Assembly: GCA_964057225.1 (NCBI GenBank)
Contig: OZ059894.1
Location: forward strand, 18,476,001-18,540,000
Origin: Auanema rhodensis
Lineage: Eukaryota; Animalia; Nematoda
Direction: 5' to 3'
Length of the DNA stretch: 64,000 nucleotides
In this document: piece by piece, positions 1 to 11,300 of the stretch
Position numbering within the stretch: the stretch's first letter is position 1
Layout: each line of letters starts with the position of its first letter
The notes under the pieces: generated by a model
Databases searched by the model: none
What the model saw: the letters and a program-made list of their open reading frames with translations, nothing else
What the model was told of the DNA's origin: nothing
Translations under genes and position numbers: made by a program

Positions 1-3000
1 TCTTCAGGGTGAAAATCGAGGATATAAGTGTGAACTTATATCAGTTGATATCTCGGTGCCTTTTTAAGCTAGCGCAAATCTGATAACACAGATCGACGCA
101 GCTTAAAAATTCGCATCGAATGCACTATACTACATTGAGAAACGCTTAATACAAAAATTAGTTATGATCGTTTGAAAAATGATGCATTAGTGTATGTTGA
201 GTTTCCATGTACACTCAACATTGCTTCCAAAAACATTTTGACAAAAATTTTTTCGAAAAATTTCAAAATAATTTAGCAAAAAGTAGATGTTTTTAGATTC
301 CTTTTTTCAAGGCAAAAACGATGGACAATGTTATTCAACGAAAAATTTAATTCTTCAGGGTGAAAATTGAGGATATAAGTGTGAACTTATATCAGTTGAT
401 ATCTCGGTGCATTTTTAAGCTAGCGCAAATCTGTTAACACAGATCAACGCAGCTTAAAAATCCGCATCGAATGCACTATACTACATTGAGAAACGCTTAA
501 TACAAAAATTAGTTATGATCGTTTGAAAAATGATGCATTAGTGTATGTTGAGTTTCCATGTACACTCAACATTGCTTCCAAAAACATTTTGACAAAAATT
601 TTTTCGAAAAATTTCAAAATAATTTAGCAAAAAGTAGATGTTTTTAGATTCCTTTTTTCAAGACAAAGACGATGGACAATGTTATTCAACGAAAAAATTA
701 ATTCTTCAGGGTGAAAATCGAGGATATAAGTGTGAACTTATATCAGTTGATATCTCGGTGCATTTTTAAGCTAGCGCAAATCTGTTAACACAGATCAACG
801 CAGCTTAAAAATCCGCATCGAATGCACTATACTACATTGAGAAACGCTTAATACAAAAATTAGTTATGATCGTTTGAAAAATGATGCATTAGTGTATGTT
901 GAGTTTCCATGTACACTCAACATTGCTTCCAAAAACATTTTGACAAAAATTTTTTCGAAAAATTTCAAAATAATTTAGCAAAAAGTAGATGTTTTTAGAT
1001 TCCTTTTTTCAAGGCAAAGACGATGGACAATGTTATTCAACGAAAAAATTAATTCTTCAGGGTGAAAATCGAGGATATAAGTGTGAACTTATATCAGTTG
1101 ATATCTCGGTGCATTTTTAAGCTAGCGCAAATCTAATAACACAGATCGACGCAGCTTAAAAATCCGCATCGAATGCACTATACTACATTGAGAAACGCTT
1201 AATACAAAAATTAGTTATGATCGTTTGAAAAATGATGCATTAGTGTATGTTGAGTTTCCATGTACACTCAACATTGCTTCCAAAAACATTTTGACAAAAA
1301 TTTTTTCGAAAAATTTCAAAATAATTTAGCAAAAAGTAGATGTTTTTAGATTCCTTTTTTCAAGGCAAAGACGATGGACAATGTTATTCAACGACAAAAA
1401 TAATTCTTCAGGGTGAAAATCGAGGATATAAGTGTGAACTTATATCAGTTGATATCTCGGTGCATTTTTAAGCTAGCGCAAATCTGATAACACAGATCGA
1501 CGCAGCTTAAAAATCCGCATCGAATGCACTATACTACATTGAGAAACGCTTAATACAAAAATTAGTTATGATCGTTTGAAAAATGATGCATTAGTGTATG
1601 TTGAGTTTCCATGTACACTCAACATTGCTTCCAAAAACATTTTGACAAAAATTTTTTCGAAAAATTTCAAAATAATTTAGCAAAAAGTAGATGTTTTTAG
1701 ATTCCTTTTTTCAAGGCAAAGACGATGGACAATGTTATTCAACGACAAAAATAATTCTTCAGGGTGAAAATCGAGGATATAAGTGTGAACTCATGTACAC
1801 TCAACATTGCTTCCAAAAACATTTTGACAAAAATTTTTTCGAAAAATTTCAAAATAATTTAGCAAAAAGTAGATGTTTTTAGATTCCTTTTTTCAAATCA
1901 AAGACGATGGACAATGTTATTCAACGAAAAAAATAATTCTTCAGGGTGAAAATCGAGGATATAAGTGTGAACATATATCAGTTGATATCTCGGTGCATTT
2001 TTAAGCTAGCGCAAATCTGATAACACAGATCGACGCAGCTTAAAAATCCGCATCGAATACTCTATACTACATTGAGAAACGCTTAATACAAAAATTAGTT
2101 ATGATCGTTTGAAAAATGATGCATTAGTGTATGTTGAGTTTCCATGTACACTCAACATTGCTTCCAAAAACATTTTGACAAAAATTTTTTCGAAAAATTT
2201 CAAAATAATTTAGCAAAAAGTAGATGTTTTTAGATTCCTTTTTTCAAGGCAAAGACGATGGACAATGTTATTCAACGAAAAAAATAATTCTTCAAGGGTG
2301 AAAATCGAGGATATAAGTGTGAACTTATATCAGTTGATATCTCGGTGCATTTTTAAGCTAGCGCAAATCTGATAACACAGATCGACGCAGCTTAAAAATT
2401 CGCATCGAATGCACTATACTACATTGAGAAACGCTTAATACAAAAATTAGTTATGATCGTTTGAAAAATGATGCATTAGTGTATGTTGAGTTTCCATGTA
2501 CACTCAACATTGCTTCCAAAAACATTTTGACAAAAATTTTTTCGAAAAATTTCAAAATAATTTAGCAAAAAGTAGATGTTTTTAGATTCCTTTTTTCAAA
2601 TCAAAGACGATGGACAATGTTATTCAACGAAAAAAATAATTCTTCAGGGTGAAAATCGAGGATATAAGTGTGAACATATATCAGTTGATATCTCGGTGCA
2701 TTTTTAAGCTAGCGCAAATCTGATAACACAGATCGACGCAGCTTAAAAATCCGCATCGAATACTCTATACTACATTGAGAAACGCTTAATACAAAAATTA
2801 GTTATGATCGTTTGAAAAATGATGCATTAGTGTATGTTGAGTTTCCATGTACACTCAACATTGCTTCCAAAAACATTTTGACAAAAATTTTTTCGAAAAA
2901 TTTCAAAATAATTTAGCAAAAAGTAGATGTTTTTAGATTCCTTTTTTCAAGGCAAAGACGATGGACAATGTTATTCAACGAAAAAAATAATTCTTCAAGG

Positions 3001-6000
3001 GTGAAAATCGAGGATATAAGTGTGAACTTATATCAGTTGATATCTCGGTGCATTTTTAAGCTAGCGCAAATCTGATAACACAGATCGACGCAGCTTAAAA
3101 ATCCGCATCGAATGCACTATACTACATTGAGAAACGCTTAATACAAAAATTAGTTATGATCGTTTGAAAAATGATGCATTAGTGTATGTTGAGTTTCCAT
3201 GTACACTCAACATTGCTTCCAAAAACATTTTGACAAAAATTTTTTCGAAAAATTTCAAAATAATTTAGCAAAAAGTAGATGTTTTTAGATTCCTTTTTTT
3301 AAGGCAAAGACGATGGACAATGTTATTCAACGAAAAAATTAATTCTTCAGGGTGAAAATCGAGGATATAAGTGTGAACTTATATCAGTTGATATCTCGGT
3401 TCATTTTTAAGCTAGCGCAAATCTGATAACACAGATCGACGCAGCTTAAAAATCCGCATCGAATGCACTATACTACATTGAGAAACGCTTAATACAAAAA
3501 TTAGTTATGATCGTTTGAAAAATGATGCATTAGTGTATGTTGAGTTTCCATGTACACTCAACATTGCTTCCAAAAACATTTTGACAAAAATTTTTTCGAA
3601 AAATTTCAAAATAATTTAGCAAAAAGTAGATGTTTTTAGATTCCTTTTTTCAAGGCAAAGACGATAGACAATGTTATTCAACAAAAAAATTAATTCTTCA
3701 GGGTGAAAATCGACGATATAAGTGTGAACTTATATCAGTTGATATCTCGGTGCATTTTTAAGCTAGCGCAAATCTGATAACACAGATCGACGCAGCTTAA
3801 AAATTCGCATCGAATGCACTATACTACATTGAGAAACGCTTAATACAAAAATTAGTTATGATCGTTTGAAAAATGATGCATTAGTGTATGTTGAGTTTCC
3901 ATGTACACTCAACATTGCTTCCAAAAACATTTTGACAAAAATTTTTTCGAAAAATTTCAAAATAATTTAGCAAAAAGTAGATGTTTTTAGATTCCTTTTT
4001 TCAAGGCAAAGACGATGGACAATGTTATTCAACGAAAAAATTAATTCTTCAGGGTGAAAATCGAGGATATAAGTGTGAACTTATATCAGTTGATATCTCG
4101 GTGCATTTTTAAGCTAGCGCAAATCTGATAACACAGATCGACGCAGCTTAAAAATTCGCATCGAATGCACTATACTACATTGAGAAACGCTTAATACAAA
4201 AATTAGTTATGATCGTTTGAAAAATGATGCATTAGTGTATGTTGAGTTTCCATGTACACTCAACATTGCTTCCAAAAACATTTTGACAAAAATTTTTTCG
4301 AAAAATTTCAAAATAATTTAGCAAAAAGTAGATGTTTTTAGATTCCTTTTTTCAAGGCAAAGACGATGGACAATGTTATTCAACGAAAAAATTAATTCTT
4401 CAGGGTGAAAATCGAGGATATAAGTGTGAACTTATATCAGTTGATATCTCGGTGCCTTTTTAAGCTAGCGCAAATCTGATAACACAGATCGACGCAGCTT
4501 AAAAATTCGCATCGAATGCACTATACTACATTGAGAAACGCTTAATACAAAAATTAGTTATGATCGTTTGAAAAATGATGCATTAGTGTATGTTGAGTTT
4601 CCATGTACACTCAACATTGCTTCCAAAAACATTTTGACAAAAATTTTTTCGAAAAATTTCAAAATAATTTAGCAAAAAGTAGATGTTTTTAGATTCCTTT
4701 TTTCAAGGCAAAAACGATGGACAATGTTATTCAACGAAAAATTTAATTCTTCAGGGTGAAAATTGAGGATATAAGTGTGAACTTATATCAGTTGATATCT
4801 CGGTGCATTTTTAAGCTAGCGCAAATCTGTTAACACAGATCAACGCAGCTTAAAAATCCGCATCGAATGCACTATACTACATTGAGAAACGCTTAATACA
4901 AAAATTAGTTATGATCGTTTGAAAAATGATGCATTAGTGTATGTTGAGTTTCCATGTACACTCAACATTGCTTCCAAAAACATTTTGACAAAAATTTTTT
5001 CGAAAAATTTCAAAATAATTTAGCAAAAAGTAGATGTTTTTAGATTCCTTTTTTCAAGACAAAGACGATGGACAATGTTATTCAACGAAAAAATTAATTC
5101 TTCAGGGTGAAAATCGAGGATATAAGTGTGAACTTATATCAGTTGATATCTCGGTGCATTTTTAAGCTAGCGCAAATCTGTTAACACAGATCAACGCAGC
5201 TTAAAAATCCGCATCGAATGCACTATACTACATTGAGAAACGCTTAATACAAAAATTAGTTATGATCGTTTGAAAAATGATGCATTAGTGTATGTTGAGT
5301 TTCCATGTACACTCAACATTGCTTCCAAAAACATTTTGACAAAAATTTTTTCGAAAAATTTCAAAATAATTTAGCAAAAAGTAGATGTTTTTAGATTCCT
5401 TTTTTCAAGGCAAAGACGATGGACAATGTTATTCAACGAAAAAATTAATTCTTCAGGGTGAAAATCGAGGATATAAGTGTGAACTTATATCAGTTGATAT
5501 CTCGGTGCATTTTTAAGCTAGCGCAATTCTGATAACACAGATCGACGCAGCTTAAAAATCCGCATCGAATGCACTATACTACATTGAGAAACGCTTAATA
5601 CAAAAATTAGTTATGATCGTTTGAAAAATGATGCATTAGTGTATGTTGAGTTTCCATGTACACTCAACATTGCTTCCAAAAACATTTTGACAAAAATTTT
5701 TTCGAAAAATTTCAAAATAATTTAGCAAAAAGTAGATGTTTTTAGATTCCTTTTTTCAAGGCAAAGACGATGGACAATGTTATTCAACGAAAAAATTAAT
5801 CCTTCAGGGTGAAAATCGAGGATATAAGTGTGAACTTATATCAGTTGATATCTCGGTGCATTTTTAAGCTAGCGCAAATCTGATAACACAGATCGACGCA
5901 GCTTAAAAATCCGCATCGAATGCACTATACTACATTGAGAAACGCTTAATACAAAAATTAGTTATGATCGTTTGAAAAATGATGCATTAGTGTATGTTGA

Positions 6001-7251
6001 GTTTCCATGTACACTCAACATTGCTTCCAAAAACATTTTGACAAAAATTTTTTCGAAAAATTTCAAAATAATTTAGCAAAAAGTAGATGTTTTTAGATTC
6101 CTTTTTTCAAGGCAAAGACGATGGACAATGTTATTCAACGAAAAAAATAATTCTTCAGGGTGAAAATCGAGGATATAAGTGTGAACTTATATCAGTTGAT
6201 ATCTCGGTGCATTTTTAAGCTAGCGCAAATCTGATAACACAGATCGACGCAGCTTAAAAATCCGCATCGAATGCACTATACTACATTGAGAAACGCTTAA
6301 TACAAAAATTAGTTATGATCGTTTGAAAAATGATGCATTAGTGTATGTTGAGTTTCCATGTACACTCAACATTGCTTCCAAAAACATTTTGACAAAAATT
6401 TTTTCGAAAAATTTCAAAATAATTTAGCAAAAAGTAGATGTTTTTAGATTCCTTTTTTCAAGGCAAAGACGATGGACAATGTTATTCAACGAAAAAATTA
6501 ATTCTTCAGGGTGAAAATCGAGGATATAAGTGTGAACTTATATCAGTTGATATCTCGGTGCATTTTTAAGCTAGCGCAAATCTGATAACACAGATCGACG
6601 CAGCTTAAAAATCCGCATCGAATGCACTATACTACATTGAGAAACGCTTAATACAAAAATTAGTTATGATCGTTTGAAAAATGATGCATTAGTGTATGTT
6701 GAGTTTCCATGTACACTCAACATTGCTTCCAAAAACATTTTGACAAAAATTTTTTCGAAAAATTTCAAAATAATTTAGCAAAAAGTAGATGTTTTTAGAT
6801 TCCTTTTTTCAAGGCAAAGACGATGGACAATGTTATTCAACGAAAAAATTAATTCTTCAGGGTGAAAATCGAGGATATAAGTGTGAACTTATATCAGTTG
6901 ATATCTCGGTGCATTTTTAAGCTAGCGCAAATCTGATAACACAGATCGACGCAGCTTAAAAATCCGCATCGAATGCACTATACTACATTGAGAAACGCTT
7001 AATACAAAAATTAGTTATGATCGTTTGAAAAATGATGCATTAGTGTATGTTGAGTTTCCATGTACACTCAACATTGCTTCCAAAAACATTTTGACAAAAA
7101 TTTTTTCGAAAAATTTCAAAATAATTTAGCAAAAAGTAGATGTTTTTAGATTCCTTTTTTCAAGGCAAAGACGATGGACAATGTTATTCAACGAAAAAAA
7201 TAATTCTTCAGGGTGAAAATCGAGGATATAAGTGTGAACTTATATCAGTTG
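1..7251. repeat. 351-bp tandem satellite array, left part (~21 monomers, runs off the window start)
   Basis: TCTTCAGGGTGAAAAT recurs at 1, 352, 703 and onward (period 351). Copies differ by only a few substitutions. One monomer is internally deleted near 1791. Confidence 0.99.
7246..7251 (+). repeat. Target-site duplication, left copy (CAGTTG)
   Basis: Left junction ...TTATAT-CAGTTG|AGTAG and right junction CTACT|CAGTTG-ATATCTC. The uninterrupted monomer has a single CAGTTG. 6 bp is the known Polinton TSD length. Confidence 0.97.
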
Positions 7252-7291
7252 AGTAGAGAGCCGTGCAAAATTTACTAACCACGCCCCCAAA

Positions 7292-7405
7292 CAGCTGTCA
7301 AAAACATACTTTTGGGGGCGTCAGCTGCTAAAAACATACTTTTGGGGCGCGTCAGCTGTCAAAAACATATTTTTGAGCGTCAGCTGTTAAAATCATATTT
7401 TGGGA
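7292..7405 (+). repeat. Subterminal ~28-31 bp tandem repeats (4 copies), each starting with CAGCTG
   Basis: CAGCTG at 7292, 7322, 7353 and 7381, each followed by AAAA(A/T)CATA(C/T)TTT. Mirrored at ~22761-22874. Confidence 0.9.
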
Positions 7406-7842
7406 TCATGGTTCATGGATTTTCCTTTTTTAAATATAAAAGTCATGATTTAAAGCATGATTTTTTTTTAAAATCAAATTTAAATATGCTTTTTCAAATG
7501 TATATATATAATTGTATATTTTGAATTAATTTTTAAATATATTAAGTGAAAAAAAAAATCTAAATTTTAAATATTTAAATTATATTTAAATTTTATATTT
7601 ATAAATTATATTTAAATTATATTTAACCTTTATATATATAAATTATATTTAAATTTTAAATATATTAATTTGTTTTAAAATTTTATTACTTTATTCATTT
7701 ATTATATTTATTAATTATGTTTGTTTACTTATTTTGTTTATTATGTTATAATATTGTGTTTTTTTACTGTTTTTATTTTTAAAGATTAATAAAATTTTTG
7801 CATGTTGATAATTTTGTTCACCGTACTTGTTATGGGTAATTC

Positions 7843-7992
7843 AATGGAACACATATCGAAGGTTAATTCGATAAGAACGATATGAAATACCAAAATTTAA
7901 TGGAACACATATCGAAGGTTAATTCGATAAGAACGATATAAAATACCAAAATTTAATGGAACACATATCGAAAGTTAATTCGATAAGAACGA
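7843..7992 (+). repeat. 56-bp tandem repeat (~2.7 copies) within the TIR
   Basis: AATGGAACACATATCGAA recurs at 7843, 7899 and 7955. Mirrored at ~22109-22258. Confidence 0.92.
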
Positions 7993-8388
7993 CATTAAAT
8001 TATTAATTTTTGAAATTACAAATTGTTATTAATTATATTTATTCTAACAAGTAAAGGTTTCAAATTATAATAAAAGATTAGTTTTAAACTTTATTTTACT
8101 AATATAACAATACAATAACTAAATAGAGCACACATTGAAGGTAAATACAATAAGATTAACAAACAGTTGCGCTGACCTCAATGAAACGCATAAAGTTAAT
8201 TTAATAAGAACTAATAACAAAAATTAATCCGACGGGGACAATAAAAACAGATGTATTCAATAAGCTTATTTATTTTAAAGTTTATCGCAACTGCTAGTTT
8301 TGACAGCTGTACCCAAATCCATGTTACATAACAAATTACAATGCCAACAGCAATGTGTAGACTGATATATTCATTATATCAAGGTACA

Positions 8389-11300
8389 ATGGCTGCTAAT
8401 AGGTTGTGTCTTTTTGATTATTTGTTTGTAAACTTTTTCTTTTTTCAGTTATAAACGTTTATGTGAAGAGCTAGGATTTGATTATGAAGAGATTAATCAG
8501 CTCAGGTAATTTAACAATATTTTGAATCTTTATATATATTTTGTTTTTTAGTAAACGTATAAAGTTTACCGAGGCTGGTGGGATCGAGCTCTGTGAGCCC
8601 ACATCACCCACTTTTAACAGTGGGCCCTCATCATCAAGGGTTATTGAAGTAATAACCTTGGATGACAGTGATGAGTAAGCGATATTAAAAATTATAACAA
8701 TTAGTTTTTTCTTTTTAAGAGAATGGGATCCCGCTACCCCATCAACCAGTGGAGGGCAAGTCGGATATGGAGCGGCTTTCAACGATGTCTGTAAAATAGA
8801 GGTGCGATCTTTTATTTACATATCATTTCATAATATATCTTTTGAAACATGAAATTTTCTCTTGCTCCAGTTGCATATTTTGAAAACATTTTGAAATTTA
8901 TTCCTCTTTTTCAATTGCATTCATAAAATTCTCTCTCTCTCATCTTTACATTTCATCTCAATCTATATCTTTTATCAAACAAATTGCAAGTATTTTGAAA
9001 TTTACATATTCATTCTTTTGAACAGCATTCATTTTAAAATCTTTACATTTCATCTCACTATCTATCTATCTTTCCTCATCTATCTTTCTTTCAACCAATT
9101 TTGAATTCTTACAAATTATAAATATTTCAAACATTTTGAACTAGTAAAATAATAAAACACAATCTTGACCTTTTCATTTATTTTTTAACATTAACAAATG
9201 TTTATAAAAGTTTTTTCAAAGTTGAAAAAAAAACAACTTTATATTTAAAAATCAAATGCCATTTATTTTTAAACATTAATAAAAATAATTTAAAGAAAAG
9301 TAAATTTATTAAAAGTTATAAACAAAAATTATTTATATTTAAACTAAAAGCGTATAACCATTATAAAAAGTGTGTATTATAGTGGTCACACCGACGCATA
9401 AAACGCACTGGTCGGTTTACCAACGTGGTCGTTAGATCGCTCACGTTCCCACATTTGGAAGCCATTAATGAGCCAATGCATGTTGTCATGCCGCGGCTAT
9501 TTAATGAGTTTCTTGATCGGTGCCTTGCTGAAAGTGGTGTGCCAGATAAACAAAAAGCGCTATTTTGTCTATCAATAGAGCACCCATCCTTTGAAAAGGG
9601 ATCCATATTTATGGATTTCCGTAGAAGGGAGCATTTGGATGGCGTTGCCATCATGAATGCCATCAGCAAGGTGCAGCAATCAAAGCGAGAGGCTGTAATT
9701 AGCCAGGCAATGAATATTGAAATGTATGTGTTTGATGAGAGACCAGTGCAGCCAAGCCTGATGCCTGGTGAAGGTAGAGTTGGTTTCTATTTTGATGCCG
9801 AACTCAAAATACCTGGCACAATTGAGAACACTGATACACATTGCCTGGCTAGAGCAGCAGTTGTGGGAATGTGGAGAGCCGATGAAGAGGCAGCAGAAGA
9901 TGTTGTTGAGAAGCGGAGGATTCAAAATCTTCGTCGCAACTACATCTTGTTGCCAAATCAACCACATCATACCAATTTACTGAATAGGTGTGGTATTTCT
10001 GTACATTTACCAAATTATAATTTGAACCATTTAAATATTATTGCAAGTTGTAATACAGACTATAAGTTTGTAGTATACGCTAGGCCACCTGGACAGCGTA
10101 TGTACGCTATTCAGCGTATCTTTAATGAAACGGCTAGCAAAGTGGTAACACTAGGCTACCGAAATAATCATTATGACTGTATTACAACTTGTAGTAGATC
10201 ACAGATTTTTGATGGTATTATATGCCAACACTGTAAATTATCTTACAAAACAGTGTTGCATAGATGTAAAGCCAAGTGTAAGAAATGCCACACCTTAAAA
10301 TGTAATTCGATGGAAAATGTGGTTGAGAGTAGCATAAGATGTGATAGTTGTAGAGTTTTGTTCAAAACTCGTCAATGCTTTGACAGGCATATTAGAAAAA
10401 CATGTCGAATGTTTAAGGTAATTTAAAAAAATATATATAAAATTGAACATGACTAAATTCAGACATGTGAAAACTGTGATCATTATCACAGAGTACGTGC
10501 TGATAGACCGCACAATTGCAATGAGAAATTTTGCAAAAAGTGTGGGCAAACAAAGCCTGAAGATCATTCTTGTTGTTGGGTACCACCTAACGACAAGAAG
10601 AAGGATCAGTTAAAAAAGAGGCAAGAGAAATACAAGGTTTGTATTTTACATCTTTACAAGTGTAATGCTTACTTGTTTAAGATTATTTTCTATGACTTTG
10701 AAACGGTTGTGTTAAAAAGCGGTACAAATGTTCATGAATATGCAGATGAACAATGGCCCAATATGGTTGTGTATAACAAATTTTGTGAAAGTTGTATAGA
10801 CGCCAATTCATGCGAAAAATGCACAACCAAGGAGGGCCATTTTGGGTACCAACAAGGTGATAGTGAATGGTCTGTAACAGATCGTTTCCTTGATTGGTTA
10901 CTCAACTCTGTTGAGAATGATAATGCAATTTTGATTGCGCATAATGGTTCACGCTTTGACATACATTTTTTGGTGTCTAGGCTGATAAACCGTGGAATAT
11001 ATCCTGATCCAATTTTAAATGGGACCAAGATTATAAGCATGGTTGTCAAGCCTTTAAGAGGTCAAAAATTTAATCATTTATATTTTAAAGATAGTTATTT
11101 ATTAGTGCCTTTACCCCTATCAGCGTTACCCAAGGCATTTGGTGTACCTGATATGAGTAAAGGACAGTTTCCTTACCTCTATAATCACCCAATAAATTAT
11201 GGCAAAGTGTTGCCATCTTTACCACCAAAACAGTACTATTGTACTGCTAGAATGAAAGCAGAAGACCTAGCTTCATTCGATATTTGGTATGAAGAGCGTA

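Larger units (their letters stand above)
7252..8181 (+). repeat. Left terminal inverted repeat (~930 bp)
   Basis: Reverse complement of 21920-22914. The inner match ends at AAACAGTTGCGCTGACCTCAA (8161-8181) versus TTGAGGTCAGCGCAACTGTTT (21920-21940). The AT-rich middle is diverged. Confidence 0.93.

Noticed and set aside
1-351. Hammerhead ribozyme / retrozyme in the satellite (CUGAAGA on the minus strand; monomer size similar to known ribozyme satellites)
   Set aside because: I could not build stems I-III or a correctly placed GAAA around the motif. An Infernal search would settle it.
1691-1882. 63-aa ORF in the satellite
   Set aside because: Chance product of the 169-bp monomer deletion; normal monomers have stops in this frame.
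1-7251. CRISPR array, or 5S rRNA, SL RNA, snRNA or tRNA gene cluster
   Set aside because: No unique spacers and no recognisable 5S, SL1 or tRNA sequence. AATTTTTG Sm-like words are expected by chance at this AT content.
7245-7252. 8-bp TSD TCAGTTGA
   Set aside because: The extra T and A belong to the element's own AGT...ACT inverted termini. Only 6 bp are duplicated relative to the empty monomer when the TIR ends are kept symmetric.
7312-7524. 70-aa ORF in the left TIR
   Set aside because: TTG start, runs through tandem repeats and low-complexity sequence, and has no protein-like features.
8449-8600. LxCxE Rb-binding motif in the early proteins (RLCEE, ELCEP)
   Set aside because: The spacing does not match L-x-C-x-E.
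8471-8782. 103-aa minus-strand ORF
   Set aside because: Antisense shadow of the + strand mini-exons, reading through their AT-rich introns.
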